The notes under the pieces are model-generated. The model was not told the origin of the DNA. It did not search any database and saw nothing but the letters and a program-made list of their open reading frames with translations. 64,000 bases of DNA, taken from Minisyncoccota bacterium. Its GTDB lineage: Bacteria > Patescibacteriota > Minisyncoccia > Phycocordibacterales > JAQTLZ01. A program made the position numbers and the translations under genes. This document shows positions 29,887 through 38,164 of this stretch, piece after piece. The stretch's first letter is position 1, and every line of letters begins with the position of its first letter. The DNA lies in the NCBI GenBank assembly GCA_028714635.1, contig JAQTLZ010000001.1:173272-237271 (forward strand). Reading direction: 5' to 3'.

Positions 29887-30630
29887 TCACACCCCCGCAA
29901 CTTGCGCGTACAGCATACGATGTTGAACTTTTCCCACCAGATATTCGTGTGACCATTCTGGCTCGGAAAGTATGATTTCCTCCATCTGCTTGGCTAACCG
30001 CGCATGTTCTTCTTCGGCGACGCTGTGCAAACGGAAGAATTTCCCATCCGCCAACAGCCCAGTTTCGGCTAGCGCATGTACTTCGCCCATTGAGCCGTCT
30101 TCGTTGTCACTAACCGCTCCAAGCAAACGAAAGACAGAAGGTTTGGCGAGCAACGATTGGCAGAATGGCCACCACGGCAGATTCTTCTCAGTACCCCTTT
30201 CAAGGCGGAGAATCGCGGGGTGATCTTCGAGAAACACACTGCAATGATCTCCGCTAAGATCGGACATTTGCTCATCTTCGACAAGTTCTTGTCCACACGA
30301 GAGGTGGACAAATATCTTGCGTGCTTCCGCCAACTTCTTCGCTTTAGACCACTCCCGCTCAGTTCGAAGTGTTCCGATGGTTTGTTCGAGCAGGAAGAGC
30401 GTACGCGCCAAGATGAGTGGAAAGTACAACGGAACCGGCCAGAAGCCAATTCCCGGAATGTTTTTGAGATCTTCCGGAATTCGTTCCCGAGCTGCCAACG
30501 CCTTCACGCACTCGCCCATGAAATCCCCGGCAGACGTTCTGCCAAGCACGGCACAAAGTACGCTATTTTCAGCCGTCCTTAAATCCAATTGCCTTAAATC
30601 GCCGACATGAGAGAAAACCTTCTCATCCAT
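29887..30630 (-). CDS. hypothetical protein (possible heme-oxygenase/TenA-like helical fold); GC-rich
   Basis: 247 aa; HSVAEEEHARLAK HxxxExxH-like motif; markedly higher GC than neighbours. Confidence 0.3.
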   Translation of the reverse strand: MDEKVFSHVGDLRQLDLRTAENSVLCAVLGRTSAGDFMGECVKALAARERIPEDLKNIPGIGFWPVPLYFPLILARTLFLLEQTIGTLRTEREWSKAKKLAEARKIFVHLSCGQELVEDEQMSDLSGDHCSVFLEDHPAILRLERGTEKNLPWWPFCQSLLAKPSVFRLLGAVSDNEDGSMGEVHALAETGLLADGKFFRLHSVAEEEHARLAKQMEEIILSEPEWSHEYLVGKVQHRMLYAQVAGV

Positions 30631-30684
30631 GATGATTCCTCCAAACCAGGCCTAGTCCTTACTATTTCTACAATATCTCTGTGT

Positions 30685-31320
30685 TTATGTAAAGACCACC
30701 TTAGAAACTGAGTAATTTTGCATCCGGTAGTATTCCCATTTCAAATTTTTCGGAATTATTTTTTGGATTTCTATTTTCGGCATCTCACCCGTTTCAAAAT
30801 ATAATTTAGTTTTCCATTTTTTGGCAACGATAGAGGCGATCAGCTCTTCGTATGCTCCCAAAATTCCTTTGGGATGAAAAATTGCGATTTTCGGCTCGAA
30901 CTTAAGTTTTTCTGGCGAGTTACTTTTCAGCACGTACCTTTCATCTCCCCACGGAAGATTTGCAACTATGATATTGGGGGAAAAAATATCTAAATTATCT
31001 ACATAATTACCTGAGCTGCAGATTATATTTGCTGTTTTGTGTATTTTTACATTTTTGCGCGTAACCTTCAAAGCCTTCTCATCAATATCAACGGCGTAGA
31101 TTTTTGCACTCGGAAATTCCTTTGCAAGAGTAACAGCAATACAGCCTGAACCAGTACCAACATCGACAATCGATGACGGATTATTCGCTTCCTCTTTAAC
31201 AAGATTCACTAACTGCTCGGTTTCAATGGTTGGGATGTAAGCGCGTTCGTCAATATAAAATGTCTCACCGCAAAAATCGACTTTCTGTGTTTTGTATTCT
31301 TTTGGTTTGTCGTCGATCAT
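30685..31320 (-). CDS. HemK/PrmC-like SAM-dependent methyltransferase
   Basis: VDVGTGSGCIAVTLA motif I; AVDIDEKAL; IVANLPW in place of the NPPY motif. Confidence 0.55.
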   Translation of the reverse strand: MIDDKPKEYKTQKVDFCGETFYIDERAYIPTIETEQLVNLVKEEANNPSSIVDVGTGSGCIAVTLAKEFPSAKIYAVDIDEKALKVTRKNVKIHKTANIICSSGNYVDNLDIFSPNIIVANLPWGDERYVLKSNSPEKLKFEPKIAIFHPKGILGAYEELIASIVAKKWKTKLYFETGEMPKIEIQKIIPKNLKWEYYRMQNYSVSKVVFT

Positions 31321-31343
31321 TTTTCTAAAAATTAGAAAATTGT

Positions 31344-32189
31344 CTAAAAATCTACTCCCCAGAACTTTTTAAACTTAATGGTGATCTTTCTCGCTTTCTC
31401 TGGATTATTTTCGAGCCAGATACTGCATTTTGTTTTCTTTCGAAATATGGCAAGAACAGCTTGGAGATCAAGATCATTTAATGATTTTGTTTTTTCGTAT
31501 ATTCGATCAATCTCCTCAGCCGTCTTTGGATCAAGTTTTACTGTAACAACAAAATCATCGACGACGTTTATATAGGTTGATCGTTCGTTTTGAAAGTCGC
31601 TTTTACTGAATGAATACTCAACTGCTTTTTTATCCCAAAATTTCTCTGTCCATTTATCCAGAAAAGAATTACCTCCAACAATAAGATAAAGTTTTGATTT
31701 TGCCAATTTCAAGGATTCAATATATTGCTTCTCCTGTTTCGTCTGAACTAAGTGAAACCACGGATGCGGATTCCACCCAAGAAGTATCTTCTTTTTCGAC
31801 TGCTGGATTATCATGAGAAGGAGATGAGACCAAAAGTCATTCATTTTTAGTAAATCTGTAAAATGCCAAATCTCCTTTTTATTTATTTCCGGTAAAACGA
31901 GCGGAGATCGAGGCCTTTCGATATAGGTAGAGGAAAGAGTGTCTGCAAGAGAAAGAAAATTGAGCACCCACGGTAATCGTAAGCTATAGCGAGTTTCTAG
32001 TTTAAATAACATTCCTTCCTCTTGGAGTTTCTTTAATTCTTTATAGAGACCTTGAATTGTATACTTTCTGCCGCCAACCTCTACTACTTTTTTATGAATT
32101 TGGGATGCATTGAGAAATTGCTCTGTAGAAAGAGCTTCTAAGATTGTTTCGGCTAGTTTTTTGCGTTCCTTGAGTATTGATTCAACCAT
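31344..32189 (-). CDS. hypothetical protein
   Basis: 281-aa ORF, no recognised motif. Confidence 0.35.
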   Translation of the reverse strand: MVESILKERKKLAETILEALSTEQFLNASQIHKKVVEVGGRKYTIQGLYKELKKLQEEGMLFKLETRYSLRLPWVLNFLSLADTLSSTYIERPRSPLVLPEINKKEIWHFTDLLKMNDFWSHLLLMIIQQSKKKILLGWNPHPWFHLVQTKQEKQYIESLKLAKSKLYLIVGGNSFLDKWTEKFWDKKAVEYSFSKSDFQNERSTYINVVDDFVVTVKLDPKTAEEIDRIYEKTKSLNDLDLQAVLAIFRKKTKCSIWLENNPEKARKITIKFKKFWGVDF

Positions 32190-32282
32190 TTGTTTAAAAA
32201 ATGCCTGTTTTTCGAAATTTTGTTGATATCTAATATATCATACTTATAATCGAATTGGGAATAGGTAAGAAAGGAGGAAGAA

Positions 32283-32624
32283 ATGAACACCGTTGCAGTA
32301 CCCGGTTGTCCGGGAACAGTGGTTGAGGAATTGCCGAGCGCCCTCGGTAGGCAGTTCTTGCGAGTTACAATCGAGCGTGGTGGTGAGGTGCCACTACACT
32401 CGCACGAATGCGCAGCGACCATGATCGTTACTCACGGATCAGCTCGCAAACTTGTCGAGCGCGGAAACGCCGAAAGGGTGAAAGCGGGTGATGTTATCAC
32501 TAAAGCGGCGCGAGAACCACACGGGTTCACAGAAATTGGAGAGGAGGGATTCTCCTTCATTTCCGTTTCTGGTGGTCTCGGTATTGTCCAAGAAGGTGGC
32601 AAGCTCGACATGGAACTTGTTTAA
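32283..32624 (+). CDS. cupin-domain protein
   Basis: Strong SD AAGGAGGAAG; two-His cupin-like motifs (PLHSHE; HGFTEIGEEG); GC-rich; 113 aa. Confidence 0.45.
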   Translation: MNTVAVPGCPGTVVEELPSALGRQFLRVTIERGGEVPLHSHECAATMIVTHGSARKLVERGNAERVKAGDVITKAAREPHGFTEIGEEGFSFISVSGGLGIVQEGGKLDMELV

Positions 32625-32647
32625 GCAGGTTCCTATCAGCCAGCGTT

Positions 32648-32681
32648 AAGGACGGAGAAGAATTCTCTCCGTCCTTTTTTC
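32648..32681 (+). terminator. rho-independent terminator
   Basis: aaggacggagaag/cttctccgtcctt stem then tttttt. Confidence 0.8.
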
Positions 32682-32728
32682 TTGTCTTAATATTCGGGTG
32701 GGGGAAGGGTAGGGGGTGAAGTAAAGGG

Positions 32729-32763
32729 GCAGCTTGTAGGTTGTAGCTATTAACTTGTAGCTT
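32729..32763 (-). repeat. AGCTACAAGCTAC dispersed repeat, copy 4 (reverse orientation)
   Basis: gcagcttgtaggttgtagctattaacttgtagctt is the reverse complement of the aagctacaag units. Confidence 0.5.
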
Positions 32764-32872
32764 AAAATACGAATACTTAAAAAGCCGCGATTGTCTGAAG
32801 GCAATCGCGGCTTTCGCATTGTTTTTTCAAGAATTTTCTGTTACCTTTGTAGGGTAATGAGGTAACGGAAAT

Positions 32873-32955
32873 GCGTCGGTACCCAAGTGGTCAACGGGAG
32901 CAGACTGTAAATCTGTTGGCTTACGCCTTCGTTGGTTCGAATCCAACCCGACGCA
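32873..32955 (+). tRNA. tRNA-Tyr (anticodon GUA)
   Basis: GCGTCGGTACCCAAGTGGTCAACGGGAGCAGACTGTAAATCTGTTGGCTTACGCCTTCGTTGGTTCGAATCCAACCCGACGCA; class II long variable arm; anticodon loop CTGTAAA. Confidence 0.8.
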
Positions 32956-32962
32956 CAAATTA

Positions 32963-32986
32963 AATCTCCCCGAAAGGGGAGTTTTA
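32963..32986 (+). terminator. hairpin with T-run between tRNA-Tyr and structured element B
   Basis: ctcccc gaaa ggggag followed by tttt. Confidence 0.5.
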
Positions 32987-32990
32987 ATTT

Positions 32991-33136
32991 GTGGCCGAGC
33001 AAGACGCGGGGGGGGGGCGTCTTGCGTGGTTGGATTCGAAGCCTCGATAAGCAGATTTTTAAGTTCGTAATCGAACGTAAAAAATCTCCATCGAGGAAAC
33101 TGGTTCTGTAAGAACCGAAATTCCAACCCGACGCAC
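32991..33136 (+). ncRNA. unclassified conserved structured RNA element, copy B (paralog of 22416..22556)
   Basis: Hairpin aagacgc-G10-gcgtctt; stem cctcgat/atcgagg enclosing hairpin agatttttaagttcg taa tcgaacgtaaaaaatct (33042..33095); hairpin ggttc-tgtaa-gaacc; 3' tail aattccaacccgacgcacaa duplicates the 3' end of the adjacent tRNA-Tyr. Confidence 0.45.
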
Positions 33137-33142
33137 AATAAC

Positions 33143-33171
33143 TAAAAACTTCCGCAAAAGCGGAAGTTTTT
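33143..33171. terminator. bidirectional terminator
   Basis: cttccgc aaaa gcggaag flanked by aaaaa and ttttt. Confidence 0.7.
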
Positions 33172-33176
33172 AGTCT

Positions 33177-34964
33177 CTATAACCCTACTGGAGGCATTGT
33201 TTTTGGAATATCAGGCGGGATTTGCGGAGGCACTGGCGGTGGTGGAGGCGTTGGCATTGGAATAGGTGGAGGCGGAGTTGGTATGACCGGCGCTACTGGT
33301 GTTACCGGCATCGTGGGAACAGTTGGGGCAACTTGAGACGCTACTGGTGTCACGTATACCGGTTTTGGAGCGGGAGGCGGAGTAGGAGCTACTGGCATGG
33401 TTTGTACTGGTGGAGGTGGGGGTGGCGGAGGCTGGACGGATGCAGGAGGTGCTGGAGGAGTAGGAGGAATGACAACTGGCGGAACGAATGCTGGTTTCGC
33501 CACTTGTGCCGGGGAGGTCGGCATTACTTGGATTGTCGAAGGCATAACCGATGCTGTGCTAGCAGGAGCCGTGGAGACTGGTTTCGGCGGAGTGGGCATT
33601 GAGGACATCGGAGAAGCTCCTGGCATTGAAGCAGGCGGAATATAATTTGGCTTCATTGTAACTGGTGGCATCATGCCCGGAGAAGGAATAACAGGAGAAC
33701 TTTTTCTTCGGAAGATTTTTATCATGAGAGCTATGATGAGAAGTGCAAAAAATCCAATTCCCATAACAACATACATCATCACTCCCTCAAAAGGAGAGGG
33801 AACGGCCGAACTTTCAGCAACTGGAGTGACAGCCAACTCTTGTCCGGCAGCTACTGCGATGACTGTTGGACTCGGCTGTGCAACTTCAATTTTGAAGGTT
33901 GTGCTTTTATCCATCGAATAATATGCGCTCGAGTAATAATCGGGAAGCGGTCCGACTAAAAGATAAATAAATCCGGTGTAACTTGGCGTATAAGAAACTA
34001 CATTTTTCGTAGAAGCTTGCACGCTGTATGTTTTGCCGATCTCCACTCTGTCCTTGTCTTGAATTTTAAGTCCTGCATTTATTTGCTTGCTTGGGACGAA
34101 ACTCTTTGTCGCGGAATCATACCCGATTGCCTTGTCAGTTGTGATGAGAGTAAGTGTGATGGGGACATTTTCTGTTACGGAGATTTTAAAATAATCGTAG
34201 TCGCCGTTTTTCTGATTGTGATCAAGATGATATGAGGCCGGATCGATCGCGACCGCCGTGTCATACCCATTTCCTCCTCGAATTGCGATCGCGATATCTT
34301 TATCGGTGTTTGTTTTGTCTATTGGCTTTTCGATATCTTGAATTGCTTTGAATCCGGAGATAAGAGATGCTGAATCTGTGGCGTCAAAATATTTTGCTCC
34401 GCCAGCTGTCGCGATTGCCGAAAGTTGCGTTCGTGAAGCGTCGTCAACTCCAAGCCCGATAACATAGGTTTTTATCTTTGCGGACGATGCCAAAAGTGCC
34501 TTAGCAGAAGCCACCGGATCGCCTCCACAGGTATCTTTTCCATCGGTAAGCAGGATAATACTGTTGTCATTTCCCGCTATGAAATCATTTTGAGCTTGGC
34601 TCAAAGCATATGCAGTAGGGGTGTATGTTCCAATAGCATCGATCGCATTTACTTTGCCGATGATCGCATTTCTGTCAGATCCGAACGGCATGAGAAGCTC
34701 TGTTTGTTTGCAGGCTTCTGCTTGAGTAGTTTTTCTTACATTTCCGAATGGACGGAGCGCGGTTATGATGCTTCCATGAAGGCTTGTGATGATGTCAGAG
34801 AGCGCTGATTTTGCAGCAATGATTTTGGTGGTGTTTCCGAAGCTTTCGAGCATCGAGCCGGAAGCGTCGAAGATGAAAAGCATATTTTTTGCTCCGTCTG
34901 CGCGCGCGACCGAAACGGATGAGAACAAGCTCAAAATTATTGTAAAGAGAAATATCTTTTTCAT
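33177..34964 (-). CDS. von Willebrand factor type A domain membrane protein with poly-Pro C-terminal tail
   Basis: Signal peptide; MIDAS motif LFIFDASGSM and ILLTDGKDT; central TM; about 170-aa Pro-rich tail (PPPPPPPPVQ). Confidence 0.6.
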   Translation of the reverse strand: MKKIFLFTIILSLFSSVSVARADGAKNMLFIFDASGSMLESFGNTTKIIAAKSALSDIITSLHGSIITALRPFGNVRKTTQAEACKQTELLMPFGSDRNAIIGKVNAIDAIGTYTPTAYALSQAQNDFIAGNDNSIILLTDGKDTCGGDPVASAKALLASSAKIKTYVIGLGVDDASRTQLSAIATAGGAKYFDATDSASLISGFKAIQDIEKPIDKTNTDKDIAIAIRGGNGYDTAVAIDPASYHLDHNQKNGDYDYFKISVTENVPITLTLITTDKAIGYDSATKSFVPSKQINAGLKIQDKDRVEIGKTYSVQASTKNVVSYTPSYTGFIYLLVGPLPDYYSSAYYSMDKSTTFKIEVAQPSPTVIAVAAGQELAVTPVAESSAVPSPFEGVMMYVVMGIGFFALLIIALMIKIFRRKSSPVIPSPGMMPPVTMKPNYIPPASMPGASPMSSMPTPPKPVSTAPASTASVMPSTIQVMPTSPAQVAKPAFVPPVVIPPTPPAPPASVQPPPPPPPPVQTMPVAPTPPPAPKPVYVTPVASQVAPTVPTMPVTPVAPVIPTPPPPIPMPTPPPPPVPPQIPPDIPKTMPPVGL

Positions 34965-35206
34965 TTTGCCCGCCTAAATTTTCTACTATAGCTCTTACCA
35001 ACCTCAGCCTTATAGAAAATTTATAAATTAATTTTAAAAATCGATTTTTTTATTATGCACCCGAAAACTTTGGCGGGTGAATAAGTCCTACCTTTTAATA
35101 AATACAGTATATCCTGAAAGACGTTTCTTGTTTGATAAGTTTTACACACCGTCTGTCCGGGCTGGCAGGGTTGTAGAGAACGAGAAATCTTGCTACTTTG
35201 TAGGCT

Positions 35207-36349
35207 ATGATCGCTAAAAATGACCGAATGGGGCTTCGAACGTGGATCGAGGTGGATACTCGCGCAATCGCGCATAATTACGAAATTTTCAGAAAGCTCA
35301 TTCCAAAATCGTGCAAGTTGATGGCGGTGGTGAAATCGAATGCTTATGGCCACAGTCTCGTCGATTTTTCGAAAGAGATTTCAAAACTCGGCGCGGATTG
35401 GATCGGTGTTGATTCTGTTGTGGAAGGATTTGCTTTGCGACGAGAAGGCATTACGCTTCCGATTTTAGTTCTTGGCTACACTTTGCCTGAACTTGTTCAT
35501 GAAGCGGCGGAGAAAAACATTTCCCTCACCGTTTCAGATCTGTCTTTTTTTGAAAATTTGCCGAAAGGAAAATTATCGCAGAAAATACATATTCACATTG
35601 AAGTCGATACGGGAATGCATCGGCAAGGTTTTCTTTCTGAACATAAGGAGACATTATTTTCAGCATTAGAAAAATACAAAGATTTCGTAAAAGTGGAGGG
35701 GTTGTATACGCATTTTGCAGAGGCGAAAAATCCGTCTTCGCTTGAATATACGAAAGGCCAGATCAGCCAGTTTCTGGAATGGAAGAAAAGCTTTGAAAGT
35801 AAAGGGTTTTCTCTCGTTACCCATGCGGGCGCCACAGCGGGCACCCTTCTCTATCCAGAGGCAGATTTTGATATGGTTCGTATCGCTTCCGGCCTTTTTG
35901 GACTCTGGCCATCTCACAAATTACGAGAAGCTTTTGAGGAAAAAATACATCTTACTCCCATACTTTCTTGGAGAACGCTTATTTCAGAAGTAAAAGAAAT
36001 TGAAGCGGGAGAGTCTGTGGGATATGAACGAACATATAAGCTTTCTTCGCGAGCGAAGATCGCAATTTGCCCCGTTGGATATTGGCAAGGGCTTCCGCGT
36101 TCCTTGTCTAATAATGCTGAAGTGCTTTTGAACGGCAAGCGAGCGAAAATCATCGGACTTGTTTCGATGGATATGATCATTCTTGATTGCACCGATATTC
36201 CTGAAGTGAAAGTTGGCGATGTTGTGACGCTTATAGGATATGATCGAGATGAATCTATTGACGTGTATGAACTTGCAGAACATGCAGATACGGGACACAA
36301 CGAAATTGTGACTCGTATTAATCCGCTCATTAAGCGCATCTATTTTTAG
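35207..36349 (+). CDS. alr: alanine racemase
   Basis: PLP-Lys motif AVVKSNAYGHS; C-terminal beta-domain; 380 aa. Confidence 0.8.
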   Translation: MIAKNDRMGLRTWIEVDTRAIAHNYEIFRKLIPKSCKLMAVVKSNAYGHSLVDFSKEISKLGADWIGVDSVVEGFALRREGITLPILVLGYTLPELVHEAAEKNISLTVSDLSFFENLPKGKLSQKIHIHIEVDTGMHRQGFLSEHKETLFSALEKYKDFVKVEGLYTHFAEAKNPSSLEYTKGQISQFLEWKKSFESKGFSLVTHAGATAGTLLYPEADFDMVRIASGLFGLWPSHKLREAFEEKIHLTPILSWRTLISEVKEIEAGESVGYERTYKLSSRAKIAICPVGYWQGLPRSLSNNAEVLLNGKRAKIIGLVSMDMIILDCTDIPEVKVGDVVTLIGYDRDESIDVYELAEHADTGHNEIVTRINPLIKRIYF

Positions 36350-36371
36350 AAGCGAAGAAAGAAAAACGACG

Positions 36372-36402
36372 AAAAATCGGCCCTGCGGGGCCGATTTTTC
36401 GT
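36372..36402 (+). terminator. rho-independent terminator
   Basis: aatcggccc tgc gggccgatt then tttcg. Confidence 0.7.
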
Positions 36403-36433
36403 CTCATTCTGGTGTGGATAACTCTGTTGGTAA

Positions 36434-36479
36434 GTGGGGGAGAGTGGTATAAAATAGAGCCTAGGTGGGAAAGAGTGGT
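36434..36479 (+). promoter_or_regulatory. putative MraZ operator: phased GTGGG/GTGGT direct repeats upstream of mraZ
   Basis: GTGGG 36434, GTGGT 36444, GTGGG 36465, GTGGT 36475 (10-bp phasing); MraZ is known to bind GTGGG-type direct repeats in Pmra. Confidence 0.45.
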
Positions 36480-36511
36480 AAATAATAATTTTTTACTCTA
36501 TACTATGAATC

Positions 36512-36946
36512 ATGCTCATCGGGGAATACACTCACACAATCGACGACAAAAACCGGCTCTCGCTTCCGGTAAAATTTCGAAAAGAATTGGGAAAAAAAGT
36601 GGTGCTCACGCTGTGGCTCGACAATTGTTTGTCCGTGTTTGCCCCCAAGGAATGGGAAAAGATTTCGGAGAAGCTTTCGCAGTCGTCTATGCTGTCGGGA
36701 GACAACAGAAGCTTCAACCGGTTTATGTTCGCAGGCGCAACAGAGGCGGAAGTTGATTCGATCGGACGTATTTTGGTTCCAGATTTTCTTCGCGAAAGAT
36801 CAAATTTACAGGAAAAAGTAGTAATTATCGGAGTAGAAAATCGGGCGGAAATTTGGAATGAGAAGACGTGGAGTGAATATAAGAAGAGTGTGGAGAAGAA
36901 GGCGGATTCATTGGCAGAGAAGTTAGGACAGGCCGGAATTCTATGA
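36512..36946 (+). CDS. mraZ: transcriptional regulator MraZ
   Basis: N-terminus MLIGEYTHTIDDKNRLSLPVKFRKEL and duplicated DxxxR MraZ repeats; 144 aa. Confidence 0.85.
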   Translation: MLIGEYTHTIDDKNRLSLPVKFRKELGKKVVLTLWLDNCLSVFAPKEWEKISEKLSQSSMLSGDNRSFNRFMFAGATEAEVDSIGRILVPDFLRERSNLQEKVVIIGVENRAEIWNEKTWSEYKKSVEKKADSLAEKLGQAGIL

Positions 36947-37836
36947 TCCACACGAGTGTTCTTTTACAGGAATCAATAGATGGATTAGCGATCACAAATG
37001 GTGATGTTTTCCTTGACTGCACAATAAACGGCGGAGGCCACAGCGAAGAGGTAGCTAAGCGATTCGGACAAGCTGTGCAAATCATCGGAATTGATATGGA
37101 TGAAAGTGCGCTCCAAAGGGCTGAAAAACGGCTCTTGGTACAGAAAGCAAAGTTTCTCCTTGCGCAGGATAACTTCCGAAATGTCAACAAAGTGCTTGAA
37201 AAATTTGGCATACAACGGGCGAACAAGATTTTGTACGATTTGGGACTCTCTTCCAATCAGTTCGAAGACTCGGGCAGGGGTTTTTCTTTCCAAAAAGACG
37301 AACCGCTTCTTATGACTTTTAAAGAAAAGCCGACAGAAACTGATTTGACGGTAAAAGAAATTTTGAACAGCTGGGACGAAGAAAATATCGCGGATGTGAT
37401 TTACGGATACGGAGGCGAAACATTTTCACGACGGATTGCGAAGGGAATTGTGGAAGCGAGAGCGGTGAAGCCCATCGAAACAACGGGAGAGCTTGTAGAA
37501 ATAATCAAAAATGCGACCCCAGCACCGTATCACCGCAGAAAAATCCATTTCGCGACGAAAACATTTCAGGCACTGCGCATTACTGCAAACGATGAAATCC
37601 GAGCGCTCAAAGAAGGACTGGAAAAAGGATACGCGATCCTCGCTCCGAAAGGCAGAATAGCGGTCATTTCATTCCACAGCATCGAAGACAGGATCGTAAA
37701 ACAATTTTTTAAATCAAAAGAAAAGGCTGAAGAAGCTATTTTAATAACAAAAAAACCAATTGTGCCGAGCCGAGAGGAAGTAGTGAGAAACCCGCGTTCA
37801 AGAAGTTCAAAACTGCGTATTTTAGAAAAAAGATGA
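36943..37836 (+). CDS. rsmH: 16S rRNA (cytosine1402-N4)-methyltransferase RsmH
   Basis: FLDCTINGGGHSEEV SAM motif; position after mraZ; 297 aa. Confidence 0.8.
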   Translation: MIHTSVLLQESIDGLAITNGDVFLDCTINGGGHSEEVAKRFGQAVQIIGIDMDESALQRAEKRLLVQKAKFLLAQDNFRNVNKVLEKFGIQRANKILYDLGLSSNQFEDSGRGFSFQKDEPLLMTFKEKPTETDLTVKEILNSWDEENIADVIYGYGGETFSRRIAKGIVEARAVKPIETTGELVEIIKNATPAPYHRRKIHFATKTFQALRITANDEIRALKEGLEKGYAILAPKGRIAVISFHSIEDRIVKQFFKSKEKAEEAILITKKPIVPSREEVVRNPRSRSSKLRILEKR

Positions 37837-38153
37837 GAAGCAATGTAGAAAAATTCAATCACTATCAAAAACTCTTTTTCTGGGGTGCTTTTTTGCTCTT
37901 GGTAGTTTCTGTTTGTTCTTATGTGTATTTTCTCAACGGCACTATCCGTAATGTGGTAGAAAGACAAAAGGCAGAGACACGCATCGCCTCAATTCGGGGC
38001 GCAGTGGGAGAGCTTGAATCTCGCTATATCGTCCTTAAAGACTCAATTACCCTCGATCTAGCATCATCGCTCGGGTTTCAGACGGTTCAAAATCCTGTCT
38101 TTATTTCTCGCACAGCGCTTTCGAAAGCACTCTCCGTCAATTCGGTTGAGTAA
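37833..38153 (+). CDS. FtsL-like cell-division membrane protein
   Basis: 106 aa, single TM, coiled-coil; conserved position between rsmH and ftsI. Confidence 0.45.
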   Translation: MRSNVEKFNHYQKLFFWGAFLLLVVSVCSYVYFLNGTIRNVVERQKAETRIASIRGAVGELESRYIVLKDSITLDLASSLGFQTVQNPVFISRTALSKALSVNSVE

Positions 38154-38164
38154 TTCGAGAGCGC

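Noticed and set aside
32991-33136. Group I/II intron or intron-containing tRNA as an explanation for the tRNA-adjacent elements
   Set aside because: The elements are about 145 nt, lack P/Q/R/S or domain V/VI signatures, and the neighbouring tRNAs are complete and uninterrupted. I could not fold either element into a cloverleaf.
33222-33645. R/W-rich and G-rich plus-strand ORFs
   Set aside because: They are the antisense of the poly-Pro tail of the VWA protein gene (33177..34964).
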